DNA of 64,000 nucleotides, from the IMG/VR virus record IMGVR_UViG_3300020151_001495, positions 32,001-96,000 of that record, one strand, 5' to 3'. The notes below the pieces were generated by a model. It was not told the DNA's origin. It searched no databases and saw only the letters and a program-made list of their open reading frames with translations. Below are positions 43,251-53,811 of this stretch, piece after piece (position 1 is the stretch's first letter; every line of letters begins with the position of its first letter). Made by a program: the position numbers and the translations under genes. The stretch is from a virus (lineage: Duplodnaviria; Caudoviricetes).

Positions 43251-44414
43251 CTATAGTTTAAATCCAGAAAAAGTATCTTTTTTCATATCTTGTTTGATGC
43301 CACCAATTACATAAGATTCAATTTCTGTTTCTTGTGGTGCGTTTTGCATCATCTTAGAATTTAACCAATGCTCAGTCCAAGGTAATGGATTGTTTGACAT
43401 TGAAATATCAAATTCTGGCTTGAGACCAATGGCCTTCATTCTGCGATTTGCAATATATTCAACATACGAAGATAGTAGCTTTGAATTTAATCCGATCATA
43501 GAACCATCCTTGAACAGATACTCTGCCCATGCTTTCTCTTCATTTACTGCAAGAATATACATTTGACGTACATTATCTTGTTCCTCTTCAATAATCTCCA
43601 ACATTTGAGGATCATCACCATTCTTCCAGTTCTTAATGATATTCTGTGTAATGACTAGATGCTGAGATTCATCACGAGCAATCAAACCAATAATCTTAGC
43701 AGAACCTTCCATGAGTTTGAGTTCTCCAAATGCAAATGAACACGCAAAGGAAACATAAAAACGAATACCCTCAAGAATGTTCACATTCATGACAGCACGA
43801 TATAATTTTCTCTTAACTTCTTTCAGTTCAATATTTGCAGTCGTATGGTCTCCAAGTTCCCAGAGTTTACCACCACCCCACTGTTGAGCACATTCAATAA
43901 GTTCATCGTATGCTTGAGTTACACTGGTAGCACGTTCTAGAATCTTTTCATCATCTAAAATAGTATCAAATACTTCAGATACATCCGAATATACATTCTT
44001 AATGATATAAGTGTATGAACGACTATGAATCATCTCCATAGTTTCCCAGATAGTCATACAAGCTTCTAGTTCTGGAAGTGAGCAGTATGGGAGAAATGCC
44101 ATACCAGGACCACGACCCTGAACAGAGTCAAGCATAATCTGATACTTTAGGTTTGAAGTAAAGATATGCTTTTGCTCTGGACGTAGAGTTTGATAGTCTG
44201 CACGATCTTTTTGAAGGGAGACCTCCTCAGGTCTCCAGAAATATCCTAACTGTTGTTGAGTCAGTTTATCGAAGATAGGATACTTATAGGTATCATATCT
44301 TTGAACTCCCAGAGGAGCACCAAAAAACATTGGTTGCTTTTTGGTGTCTACATGATTACTATTAAATACGGTCATACCCTTGATTTCACTGTTTGTATTT
44401 CTGATGAATTGCAT
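43251..44414 (-). CDS. nrdB: Ribonucleotide reductase class Ia beta subunit
   Basis: FWRPEEV, EMIHSRSY, LEGIRFYVSF, IARDESQH. Confidence 0.97.
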   Translation of the reverse strand: MQFIRNTNSEIKGMTVFNSNHVDTKKQPMFFGAPLGVQRYDTYKYPIFDKLTQQQLGYFWRPEEVSLQKDRADYQTLRPEQKHIFTSNLKYQIMLDSVQGRGPGMAFLPYCSLPELEACMTIWETMEMIHSRSYTYIIKNVYSDVSEVFDTILDDEKILERATSVTQAYDELIECAQQWGGGKLWELGDHTTANIELKEVKRKLYRAVMNVNILEGIRFYVSFACSFAFGELKLMEGSAKIIGLIARDESQHLVITQNIIKNWKNGDDPQMLEIIEEEQDNVRQMYILAVNEEKAWAEYLFKDGSMIGLNSKLLSSYVEYIANRRMKAIGLKPEFDISMSNNPLPWTEHWLNSKMMQNAPQETEIESYVIGGIKQDMKKDTFSGFKL

Positions 44415-44425
44415 GTAAATTCTCC

Positions 44426-46726
44426 TTAAATTTTGCAGCTTTCGCAGTCGTCTTCTGACTCTAGTTGAGAAAGTAGTTGTGATAGTGCTTCACTTTTTTC
44501 TTCTACATCTCCGTCTGTTTTGCTATCATATGTGTTTTGATAATAGCTTGTCTTCCAACCATACTTATATGTAGATAGAAGATCTTGAGCCATAACAGAT
44601 ACAGGTACTTCATTGTCGGCATAATTCTCTGGATTATAACTCCAGTTGCCCGAGATTGCCTGATCAAAGAATTTTTGCATTACCGCAACAATGTTAATAT
44701 AACCATTGTTGTCAGGCATATCCCAAAGAAGCGTATAGTTTTTCTTGAGGGTTTGATAGCTAGGAACAATTTGCTTAAGTGGTCCTTTCTTTGATTTCTT
44801 AACGGACAAGTAATCTCTAGGAGGTTCGATTCCATTGGTCTCGTTTGACACAACGGAACTGCTCTCTGAAGGCATCTGTGCGGACAGTGTTGAGTGCCTG
44901 AGACCGTGAGCCAGGATGGATGCTCTAAGATTTTCCCAATCATAATGGAGATGGTGTGGTGTAATTTCGTCTACATCTTTCTTGTATGTATCGATTGGAA
45001 GAACACCTTGAGAATACTTAGTACGATCAAAGTAATCACACTTACCTTTTTCGGCAGCAAGTTGATTAGATGCCTTGAGAAGATAGTATTGAAATGCTTC
45101 GGTTAGATCATGAACAAGTTTCCATGCTTGTGGATCTTCATATTTTGCTCCATTACGAGCAAGGAAGTGAGCAAGACCGATGTAACCAATACCAAGAGAA
45201 CGACGAGATTCTGTAGAAATTCTAGCAGCTGCAACTGGATAATCTTGATAGTCAATCAGTTCATCTAGAGCACGAACAGAAAGATCACATAGCTCTTCCA
45301 TTTCATTCAGATTATTGATCTTACCAACATTAATTGCAGAAAGAATGCATAGTGCAATCTCGCCTTTTGAATCATCAATATGATCAATCGGAACAGTTGG
45401 AAGTGTAATCTCTTGACAAAGATTGGACATATTTACTTTGTCCAGGAAAGAACTATGAGAGTTACAATGATCGATATTCATAATGTAGATACGACCAGTT
45501 TCTGCACGTTCTTTCAGAATGTTTAGAAATAGTTCTTGAGCGCCGATAGTTTTTCTTGGAATAGATGTATCTCGTTCATAAGATACATATAAATCGTCAA
45601 ATCGATCAGTGCCAAAAGCATCATAAAGAAGAGGAACATCGTGGGGAGAGAAGAGTGAAACTTCTCCGTTTTGGATGAATCGTTCATAGAATATTTTGCT
45701 GATTTGAATTGAATAATCTAACTTACGAACACGATTATCTTCCGTTCCCTTATTGTTTTTTAGTACTAGGATGTCTTCAATTTCTTGATGCCAAATAGGA
45801 AAATGAACTGTAGCTGAGCCACCTCGTATGCCGTTTTGAGTGCAACACCTGACCGTCGCTTCAAATTTCTTGAGAAATGGAATGACTCCTGTATGTGAGA
45901 CTTCTCCGCCACGGATCTTGCTATTGATACCCCTGATTCTGCCTGCGTTAATACCGATTCCTGCACGCTGAGCCACATAACGGCCAATAGCCATGTCAGA
46001 GCTGAAGATAGAATTAAGAGAATCGTCAGAATCAATAAGCACACAAGAAGCAAATTGACGAAGAGGTGTTCTAACACCTGCCATAATTGGAGTTGGGATG
46101 TTGATCCTGTGCTTGGAGATTGCGTTGTAGTATCGTTTGACATAATCAAGTCTTGTTTCTTTTGGATATTCTGCAAACATAACTGCAGAAATTAGCATGT
46201 ACATATATTGAGGAGTTTCATAAATTTTCTTTGAACTCCTATCCTGAACCAAATATTTGTCTACTACTTGTCGTAATCCTGCATATGTGAAAATATAATC
46301 TCTCTCATGATCAATCCATGAATTAATTTTATCCCATTCTTCCATGGAATACTTGCTGAGTAGTTCTCCATCATAAATTCCCAAGGAAACACCACCAACA
46401 AAATGATCATGGACATCTGGAAATTCTACTTTCCAATTAGGTCCAAAGACTTGTTTATATAAACCGAAAAGCAAAAGACGAGCAGCAACATACTGATAAT
46501 TTGGATTATCGAGGCTGATAAGATCACTAGCCGATCTAACCAAAATTTCTTGAATTTCATCAGTAGTAATTCCGTCGTAGAATTGAAGACCAGATTGAAT
46601 CTCCACTTGAGATGCACTTACTCCAGCAAGACCACCGCAAGCACATTCTACCATGTTATGAATTTTATCTAAATTGAGGGGCTCAAGAGTACCATTACGT
46701 TTTTTTACTTTAGTACCGTTGCTCAT
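44426..46726 (-). CDS. nrdA: Ribonucleotide reductase class Ia alpha subunit
   Basis: ATP cone, PTPIMAGVRT, QFASCVL, SNLCQEI, MPSESSS, C-terminal CESCKI. Confidence 0.98.
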   Translation of the reverse strand: MSNGTKVKKRNGTLEPLNLDKIHNMVECACGGLAGVSASQVEIQSGLQFYDGITTDEIQEILVRSASDLISLDNPNYQYVAARLLLFGLYKQVFGPNWKVEFPDVHDHFVGGVSLGIYDGELLSKYSMEEWDKINSWIDHERDYIFTYAGLRQVVDKYLVQDRSSKKIYETPQYMYMLISAVMFAEYPKETRLDYVKRYYNAISKHRINIPTPIMAGVRTPLRQFASCVLIDSDDSLNSIFSSDMAIGRYVAQRAGIGINAGRIRGINSKIRGGEVSHTGVIPFLKKFEATVRCCTQNGIRGGSATVHFPIWHQEIEDILVLKNNKGTEDNRVRKLDYSIQISKIFYERFIQNGEVSLFSPHDVPLLYDAFGTDRFDDLYVSYERDTSIPRKTIGAQELFLNILKERAETGRIYIMNIDHCNSHSSFLDKVNMSNLCQEITLPTVPIDHIDDSKGEIALCILSAINVGKINNLNEMEELCDLSVRALDELIDYQDYPVAAARISTESRRSLGIGYIGLAHFLARNGAKYEDPQAWKLVHDLTEAFQYYLLKASNQLAAEKGKCDYFDRTKYSQGVLPIDTYKKDVDEITPHHLHYDWENLRASILAHGLRHSTLSAQMPSESSSVVSNETNGIEPPRDYLSVKKSKKGPLKQIVPSYQTLKKNYTLLWDMPDNNGYINIVAVMQKFFDQAISGNWSYNPENYADNEVPVSVMAQDLLSTYKYGWKTSYYQNTYDSKTDGDVEEKSEALSQLLSQLESEDDCESCKI

Positions 46727-47709
46727 ACTTTTTTCCATTGAATAAATTTAAGGTTTGCTTCTAATCCTTGATAGATGTTGGTTTTAATAATATCTCCGAC
46801 ACAAATTCCAGAGATTACCATATCATTAATATCTTTTTGTCGTATTAAAGATGGCCAGATTACTATCTTTTCTCCTGATTGGATTAACTGTTCATACTTC
46901 TGAATGATCTGTAAATTTCGTGGTTCATTATCTAAAATATAAACCCTGTCTTTATAAATGGACTTATCTAAGTAAACATCAGATCCACACATAGCAATTG
47001 CATTAGACAGAAAAAGAGAGTCAAATGGACCCTCTGTAATGTAAATGGTTTTATTGAAATCTACAGTATTAAGTCCAAAGACCTTAACATATCGATCATC
47101 CAGGATGGTAGTAATATAACGCAATTTTGAATTTTTGTCAAGAGCCCTACCCTGGTATCCAAATAACTTTTCAGATTTAGAAAAGAGTGGAATGACAATT
47201 CTAGATTCTTTAATTGTGTTTTCTGTTTTTGACCAAGCATTAAAATCCTCAGCGTAGTAAAGAGTGGAAAAATATTTTTCTGGTATTTGACGTTTGGAAA
47301 GGTATTCCTTAGCTGGGTGTGTATTATTTAGTTCTGATATCTTTTGAAGCTCGGATAGTGGAGTTGTATTGAAAACTGGTTTTTTAAATTCAACATTTAG
47401 TTTTGGAGTTGCAGTATTTGAATTTCTACCAGTAGTTCCATTCTTAAATCTTTCCATGACATATTCATCATGGAGATTTACATCTATATCTTTTAGAAAA
47501 TTAGATAGGGTTCTTCCTACGTTACAATTATGACATTTGAAAAATACATCACTTCGTTTTATGTAAAAAAATCCTCGTGCTTTGTTTCTATTCCTGGATG
47601 AATCACCACAATATGGGCATCTAAAGTTGTAGAGATTTTGATGCTTCTTTGTAAATTTTTCTACCCTAGAAGAAACTAGATTGATGTATTTCGAATCAAT
47701 GTAATTCAT
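46723..47709 (-). CDS. gp61: DNA primase gp61
   Basis: NFRCPYCGDS..FKCHNC, GYQGRAL, ITEGPFDSLF, DNEPRN, KDINDM. Confidence 0.96.
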   Translation of the reverse strand: MNYIDSKYINLVSSRVEKFTKKHQNLYNFRCPYCGDSSRNRNKARGFFYIKRSDVFFKCHNCNVGRTLSNFLKDIDVNLHDEYVMERFKNGTTGRNSNTATPKLNVEFKKPVFNTTPLSELQKISELNNTHPAKEYLSKRQIPEKYFSTLYYAEDFNAWSKTENTIKESRIVIPLFSKSEKLFGYQGRALDKNSKLRYITTILDDRYVKVFGLNTVDFNKTIYITEGPFDSLFLSNAIAMCGSDVYLDKSIYKDRVYILDNEPRNLQIIQKYEQLIQSGEKIVIWPSLIRQKDINDMVISGICVGDIIKTNIYQGLEANLKFIQWKKV

Positions 47710-47776
47710 AGTAAAGAGTATGTGCTCCAACCAGTGTAGCACACGATCAAAGCGGTGTCAAGGAAAAATCAAAAAA

Positions 47777-48193
47777 TTACCTTGAACGAATCTGATGATG
47801 GTTTTGCATTTCTGATGGAGTCCACCATCCAGATGCAAGTGTTGAGAATGCTGTTGTGAGAACTGCTAGAAGAACGCCACATCCAACAGTCATCCATTTT
47901 ATCTTACCAACTTCTTTAACTTCAATCTCAATCTTATCAATTCTGTCAGAAACTCTTTTACAATTATCTTCATTTTCTTCTTTCATTTCATAGATCAATC
48001 TTGAAAGTGAGTTGTCTGCTCTCTCATGCTGTTCTATTTTTTCATCATGTATAGCTAACATCTTACTAATAGTCTGACTAGTTTCACTTATCTTTTCTAT
48101 AGCAGATTCAATCTTTTTCATCATCTGCTCGTATACACTAAGTCTTTCTTCCAGTAAAGCTATTTTAGTTTCTGTAGTAGTATTCTGAAACAT
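47777..48193 (-). CDS. Coiled-coil protein with C-terminal transmembrane segment
   Basis: KMLAIHDEKIEQ; hydrophobic C-terminus. Confidence 0.7.
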   Translation of the reverse strand: MFQNTTTETKIALLEERLSVYEQMMKKIESAIEKISETSQTISKMLAIHDEKIEQHERADNSLSRLIYEMKEENEDNCKRVSDRIDKIEIEVKEVGKIKWMTVGCGVLLAVLTTAFSTLASGWWTPSEMQNHHQIRSR

Positions 48194-48206
48194 TTGCCTG
48201 ATTTAG

Positions 48207-48587
48207 TTACTGTGGTGTCGCACCTCTGGACATAGCAAATGTTGAAATTCTCTCAAACCCAGAGGAAGATGAGTTAATTGTTTTAATCATTTTAACTCTA
48301 TTACTAGCATTCAAATTTCTATACAAATCAACTAATTTATTTGCAGCATCGGAAGAAACTTGAGCCTTCTCTCCATTATCAAAAACAACCATTCCCTGTT
48401 GACCACCTAAGGTAATTTGTTTCAATTGATCAATTACCTTTCCTCCACTTTCAAATAATTTAGTCTCATTTACCTTTTTCTTTTTTCGTTTGGAGGCAGG
48501 AATTCCAGGTGGTTCTACACTAGGAGGTAAAGATACTTCAGCACCAGTACCTACACTATTCGCAGCAACTTCTTCATTGTAATTCAT
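48207..48587 (-). CDS. Hypothetical protein
   Basis: EEVAANSVG motif. Confidence 0.65.
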   Translation of the reverse strand: MNYNEEVAANSVGTGAEVSLPPSVEPPGIPASKRKKKKVNETKLFESGGKVIDQLKQITLGGQQGMVVFDNGEKAQVSSDAANKLVDLYRNLNASNRVKMIKTINSSSSGFERISTFAMSRGATPQ

Positions 48588-48946
48588 ATCTTGTTTAACT
48601 CCTCCAAACAATAACTATCTGGGTCTATGGTTGAAATTGTATTCGATTCTATTCTATTCAAAAATATCATAAATGATTTTAAGTACTTCCAATAATATTG
48701 ATCTATTTTAAAAAACAATATTGGAGTAGCAGCATCACCGAAAATGTTATAGACAACAATAATATGATTCAACAAAAGATGAGTTTTGAGAACACCTGTT
48801 TTATCATAACGTTTAAGTAATCTTTTAATATACTTAAATCTTTTCAGGTCTTCAAAAAAATCATCTTTTGTCATCGCAGTTGGATTGTCATAATTTTTAA
48901 TTGCAAATAACAAAAAGTTATCTTCATTCAATTCATTAAATCTCAT
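48584..48946 (-). CDS. Conserved T4-like hypothetical protein
   Basis: LFAIKNYDNP..FFEDLKRFKYIKRLL..LLLNHII..NIFG. Confidence 0.8.
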   Translation of the reverse strand: MRFNELNEDNFLLFAIKNYDNPTAMTKDDFFEDLKRFKYIKRLLKRYDKTGVLKTHLLLNHIIVVYNIFGDAATPILFFKIDQYYWKYLKSFMIFLNRIESNTISTIDPDSYCLEELNKI

Positions 48947-48952
48947 ATATTA

Positions 48953-49558
48953 TCACGCATAGGTTAGTGAAGCAGAGTTAGAAATTACTTCTTCAGTACC
49001 ACCTGCAGAAGTAATCTTCACACGGAACTTGTAACCATTATAGGTTGCCTTAGCTGCAGCAGTAATAGCAAGAGTGCCAGTGGTTGTATCAGAAAATACA
49101 CCAGTGTTTGTAAGATTAACCCAACGTGTACCAGTTGCAGTCTGATACTGCCACTGATAAGTGAGAGTTCCAGGAGTACCAGTTGTTGAAGTGGTAACTG
49201 CAAATGTTCCAGTATAAGGAGTTGAAGCACCAGTTACGTCTGCAGGTTGTGCAGTAATTGTTACTGCAGAAGCAACGTCTGCTGCAATGGTGTCATCAGA
49301 CTGAGTTTCATTTGCATTTGTATCTGGATCGGAAAGAGCTACTAGCTTTTCTGCTTTATGACGAGTATTTCCTGCATCATCAGTGTATGAGAAATAAGAC
49401 CACCAACCAGGACCATCGATTCCACGAACACGGTTCTCATTTAATGCAGCCTCAGTTTCATCCACAAAGACAATTGTTTTCGCTTGGGATGAAGATGCAA
49501 TAGTATATTCAACCTTTGTCTTATTTGTGTTTGAATCAGTTCTTCCGTATAAAGACAT
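48953..49558 (-). CDS. Virion protein with C-terminal Ig-like domain
   Basis: TITAQP..LTYQWQ..NGYKFRVKI..SNSASLT; TATAAATA upstream. Confidence 0.8.
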   Translation of the reverse strand: MSLYGRTDSNTNKTKVEYTIASSSQAKTIVFVDETEAALNENRVRGIDGPGWWSYFSYTDDAGNTRHKAEKLVALSDPDTNANETQSDDTIAADVASAVTITAQPADVTGASTPYTGTFAVTTSTTGTPGTLTYQWQYQTATGTRWVNLTNTGVFSDTTTGTLAITAAAKATYNGYKFRVKITSAGGTEEVISNSASLTYA

Positions 49559-49625
49559 TTAAAAATCCTCTGAATTTTTTATTCTAATAATATTTATAAA
49601 AAATGGGGAGTCACCTCCCCATGAG

Positions 49626-49775
49626 TCATTTATTTAAATGTTTTAAAAATGTGTTAATTAACTGGTATATACTATTTGATTTTATCTTTGAATTAGAACC
49701 TAACCATTCAGATAAAGCTAAACAAAATGCTAACAATATAGTAAACCCAAAGTTAACTATTAAACATTCAATCAC
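49626..49775 (-). CDS. Small membrane protein (holin-like, 49 aa, GTG start)
   Basis: Transmembrane segment followed by LSEWLG..KIKSNSIYQL. Confidence 0.5.
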   Translation of the reverse strand: MIECLIVNFGFTILLAFCLALSEWLGSNSKIKSNSIYQLINTFLKHLNK

Positions 49776-49945
49776 TTACAATCTCTAAGAAGTGCAGTTC
49801 TTACAGTTGTAGCAATTATATTATCAATGTCATTATCTGTAGTGTTAACATAGCGGTCAAGTAAATCACATACTAATTTTTTTGTATGGCAGCTGTTCAT
49901 AGCTGCTATTAGTAGTGGTTTTACTAATTCTACAAGTGCTCCCAT
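49772..49945 (-). CDS. Small conserved protein (57 aa)
   Basis: KKLVCDLLDRYVNTTDNDIDN; AGGAGG RBS. Confidence 0.7.
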   Translation of the reverse strand: MGALVELVKPLLIAAMNSCHTKKLVCDLLDRYVNTTDNDIDNIIATTVRTALLRDCK

Positions 49946-49975
49946 GGTGTCCTCCTAAAGTGGATATATTTATAT

Positions 49976-52570
49976 TTATCTTAAACGTGGGTTTCTTTGT
50001 TGAGCCGATAGTGATGGATGGTCATCTCTATATCTTCTTCTTGGTGCTTCGTCATCATGGTCATCTTTTGGTCTTGTTGCACCTTTATGAAGTCCAGTAT
50101 CTCCAGGAGTTTTTTGCTTTTCTAAAGTAGCATCTTTTCTTAAAAGTTGAGCACTTCCAAGATCACTAGCCTGAACTTCTTTAGCAGTTCTTGTACGTCT
50201 AAGACCACCTTTTTGTGCTTCTCTTTTTTCAATTGCTCTTGCAGCCCATCCCAATTTTGTTTCATCTATGTTCTCAACTTCTTCCATATGACCCATTGGA
50301 AGTTTACCTTGCTTTTGCAGTTGCAATCTTTGTTGCTGTAGCATTAGTTGCTTTCTCTGCATTTGCTGTTGGGTTTTCATTCTTTGCTGACCTTGTGCTG
50401 CAGTTTTAGCTGCTTCTGGATCTGCTTGTTCCTCTTGCTGTTTCTTATATTCTTTCCATGTAGTTGCAAAAGCAATTGCTTTTTCCTGTTTGGTTAGTCC
50501 ATCTTCAGCATATCCAGCTTTGATGTGCTTAGCCATTCTTTTAAACTTATCACCTGGAGGGGAAACTTCATCAATCTGTTCAACTTCTTCAGCAGTTACA
50601 TTTGCTTTTGGATTAATAATTACTCCATCTTTTTTCTTTCCTTTCATTTCTACTTCACGATTCGAAACATTAGTAGAAGTGTTTTGAACAAACTTTTTTG
50701 TAGCTACATCACTAGAAGCTACTTCAACTAAAGATCTCCAATCTGTAAAATTAAATCTGGAAGTATTGTAAACTGCAGTTAAAGTTTCTTCAATAATTTC
50801 ACGAGCAGTTGGCTCAGTTTCTTCTACCATCATTATTGCCTTTTCCATGTAATAATTAAAGTGCTCTTGATCTAATGATTCAAAAATCTCTTGAACTTCA
50901 TCATAATTAAAAGCAATCTCAGACTCAATGAAATACCAAGCAAGAAGCTCTTTTTCTTCTTTTTTCATTTTCTTGACAAAAGTTCCAACTGCTCTTCCTG
51001 CAGCTTGAGCTACAGTTGCTCCAGACTTTCTAGCTGCTACTGCTTGTCCTGCAGCTGCTCCAGCAGCACCCGCAGCCTTGACTGCAGTTCTACCTGCTGC
51101 CTGAGCTGTTCTACCAGCTGCAACAGTCGCTTGTCTTCTTGCTCTAGTTGCTGATGCAGATTGTTCGGCTTTTTTACCCCTAGCCCTAACTGCATCATAA
51201 GTTGCCTTAACCTCTGCCGCACGTCTTGTACCTACCTGTCTTGCTGTATTTACTGATTGTCTAACCGATGCGATATCCTTTTCTGCTCTTGCTTTAAGTG
51301 CTCCAAGAATTCCACCCTTTCCTTTTTCTTTAGTTTGTGTTGGAGTTGATTTTGTTTCTGGTTGCTTTTTAGCTACCTTTTTAATAGTTCCAGAAGAACT
51401 TGGACCAGATAGTTTTCTGGTAGTTCCATATTTTTCTACTGCAGCTTTTGTAGATTTACCTGGAGCTGCCTTTAATGAAATACCTCTTGCTTTTCCAGTT
51501 GCAGCAGTTTTTTTCTTTCCGACTAAAGTTCTTGCTTCGCTGAGCATATACTCATCGGAAATTTCATTCACAAAATCACAAAAATCATCAAGTCCCATCT
51601 CCTCAATTAGAATATCAATACCATATTCATTGAGTCCTTCATTCATGAAATATGCTGTTGCAATTTCTGCAACATCTTCCATCTTCACACACTTATCTTT
51701 GCCACCTTCAGTACCTGCATACTTATAACCTTTCCAGCAAGCTTTGCCATCAGCACCTTGCTCTTTACCTTGCTTATTCTTGGCTTCTGTAGCAAACTCT
51801 TCAGGGAGTCCTTTTGAACCACCTACTTTGTTATATTCAGCTCTACGCTTAGCACCACTCTTATTATATTGATGATACTCTTTTTCAGAACTACTGAGTT
51901 TTGGAGTATTTACTGGTTTTGCACCAGGAGCAGTAGGAGCATCTGGCTTTGCACCTCTTGAACGACCCTTAGTGTAATAGTTTGGTCCAGTTTTTTCATC
52001 CCCAGAAATTCTCTTGCCTGCATCAGAACGTCCAGCCTGATATTCTTTTTCAGATTGTCCGTGTCTACCTTTCCAGAGTTCTGCAACGTAATCTACATCT
52101 TCAGTACGCTGTCTACGCTTAGCAATAGCTGCAGATACTGCGGATCTGCGTTTGCGAATATACTTATCATTCTTATCATTTGGCTTACCATCATTATCAA
52201 TATCAGAATCCTCTTTACCAACTGGATCTAATGCTTCAGTTTTTGAATTCAACTTAGATTGAATTCTTTGTTTAATTTCTGGCATAGAGCCAACATTATA
52301 AATTGCTAATGTTGGGGCACTGAATGTTCTACCGTCTGTGTACACAGCAACATTCATATAATCTCTTACTTTTTGATTCTCTAAAAGGGTAAGAGCATAT
52401 TCTAGAGTAGTATCAATTAAATTTTCTCTCAAATAATTTTCTTGGGCATCTACATTTCCAGGAAAATGCACATTAGCAGTCTCTACAAGTTTTGTAGCTC
52501 TATACATCATATCTGGTGTAAGAGACATGAAATTTGAAATAATAGATAAATCCATGTTGGGTGTATACAC
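49976..52570 (-). CDS. Large mosaic late protein (putative internal head protein)
   Basis: Modules such as DPVGKEDSDIDNDG and GKACWKGYK; alternating acidic and basic blocks. Confidence 0.7.
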   Translation of the reverse strand: MYTPNMDLSIISNFMSLTPDMMYRATKLVETANVHFPGNVDAQENYLRENLIDTTLEYALTLLENQKVRDYMNVAVYTDGRTFSAPTLAIYNVGSMPEIKQRIQSKLNSKTEALDPVGKEDSDIDNDGKPNDKNDKYIRKRRSAVSAAIAKRRQRTEDVDYVAELWKGRHGQSEKEYQAGRSDAGKRISGDEKTGPNYYTKGRSRGAKPDAPTAPGAKPVNTPKLSSSEKEYHQYNKSGAKRRAEYNKVGGSKGLPEEFATEAKNKQGKEQGADGKACWKGYKYAGTEGGKDKCVKMEDVAEIATAYFMNEGLNEYGIDILIEEMGLDDFCDFVNEISDEYMLSEARTLVGKKKTAATGKARGISLKAAPGKSTKAAVEKYGTTRKLSGPSSSGTIKKVAKKQPETKSTPTQTKEKGKGGILGALKARAEKDIASVRQSVNTARQVGTRRAAEVKATYDAVRARGKKAEQSASATRARRQATVAAGRTAQAAGRTAVKAAGAAGAAAGQAVAARKSGATVAQAAGRAVGTFVKKMKKEEKELLAWYFIESEIAFNYDEVQEIFESLDQEHFNYYMEKAIMMVEETEPTAREIIEETLTAVYNTSRFNFTDWRSLVEVASSDVATKKFVQNTSTNVSNREVEMKGKKKDGVIINPKANVTAEEVEQIDEVSPPGDKFKRMAKHIKAGYAEDGLTKQEKAIAFATTWKEYKKQQEEQADPEAAKTAAQGQQRMKTQQQMQRKQLMLQQQRLQLQKQGKLPMGHMEEVENIDETKLGWAARAIEKREAQKGGLRRTRTAKEVQASDLGSAQLLRKDATLEKQKTPGDTGLHKGATRPKDDHDDEAPRRRYRDDHPSLSAQQRNPRLR

Positions 52571-52587
52571 TAGTTGTTTATTTATTA

Positions 52588-53787
52588 TTATTTATCTTTT
52601 CGTTTAGCTGTAGTAAATGATTGAACTTTTTCTCCAGGAGTTAATCGTTGAACATATTGTCTATAATCATCAGTTCCTATTTCCAGAGCTTTTGGATGAT
52701 AACTTAAATCTTTAATCCAGGTTCTGTGAATCTTCTTTTCTTCATCAACAAAGATTACATAGTTAGATCCTCTGGTAATTATTTTTCCATCAATACCAGT
52801 AACAGAGTCTTTAATATATTCACCAATATTAAAGATATTTTTTTGATAATATTGTTCACGAAGATTTTCAACATCAAGTTCTGGAGAGATGCTCCACAAA
52901 CTTTCATTTAATTTCATGGACTTTCTAACTTGCATATAAATTGCACGACATTCCTTTTTACTTACATTTCCAGGAAGTGCTTGTTTGAATGTCTCATAAT
53001 CATTTTCTAAGACAGCTTTACGCATTACTGAACTGCTGGTTCCTTCAGATTTATCTACATCTGGATCTGGAATTCCTGCACCAACAACTTCAACTCCATA
53101 AAAATCATAAACACTACCATTATATTTTTCTGCAATCTTCTGATATTTGTTAACGTTCTCATCACCACATACAATAATCACATGATGATATCCTTCGTCA
53201 TGTAATGACTGCAAAATATCATAAATGTTGTCTCCATTCTCTGGATCATCTATAATGTTTTCTGCATAGTCAGGAAACACATGTTGCATTATATTATATT
53301 TGGTTTTAAAATCTAAAGGATTTTGTTTTTTATCAGAACTTCTACTGGGATAAATTCTATATTCTGCTTCTAATTCTTCTGCATTTTCTTGCACTGCACT
53401 CAATAAACTCTCATGTCCGATTGATGGAGGATTAAATCTTCCAAAAGTTATTACTACTGCAGGTCCTTCTCCTTCGGATGGTTGTACTTCTGGAGTAGCA
53501 GAAGCAGCCCCAGAACCCGAAGGGGGCGCTGGAGCTGGTGCAGGAGCGGAAGAAGTATTAACATCAGCTACGGATTGTGGACCAGAAATAGGAATTCCAT
53601 TTTTAAATTTGGTTTTCTCTGCTTTCGAAATGGGAACTAATCGTTGACCTCCCATTTCACTTTTAGCAACTATTTCACCTTTAGAATTTGAATAATACCC
53701 TTTTCCTAGGTGTACCAAATTCTTTTTTTCTGCTTCCTTTCCCGCTGGTGTTCTAGCTTCAATTATAAATTTTTTGAAAGTTTTCAT
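52588..53787 (-). CDS. Cytidyltransferase-like nucleotidyltransferase
   Basis: ITFGRFNPPSIGH (HIGH-like), NPL, SSSVMRKA. Confidence 0.88.
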   Translation of the reverse strand: MKTFKKFIIEARTPAGKEAEKKNLVHLGKGYYSNSKGEIVAKSEMGGQRLVPISKAEKTKFKNGIPISGPQSVADVNTSSAPAPAPAPPSGSGAASATPEVQPSEGEGPAVVITFGRFNPPSIGHESLLSAVQENAEELEAEYRIYPSRSSDKKQNPLDFKTKYNIMQHVFPDYAENIIDDPENGDNIYDILQSLHDEGYHHVIIVCGDENVNKYQKIAEKYNGSVYDFYGVEVVGAGIPDPDVDKSEGTSSSVMRKAVLENDYETFKQALPGNVSKKECRAIYMQVRKSMKLNESLWSISPELDVENLREQYYQKNIFNIGEYIKDSVTGIDGKIITRGSNYVIFVDEEKKIHRTWIKDLSYHPKALEIGTDDYRQYVQRLTPGEKVQSFTTAKRKDK

Positions 53788-53811
53788 CAAAAGCAAGTGT
53801 TTCTACATCTA

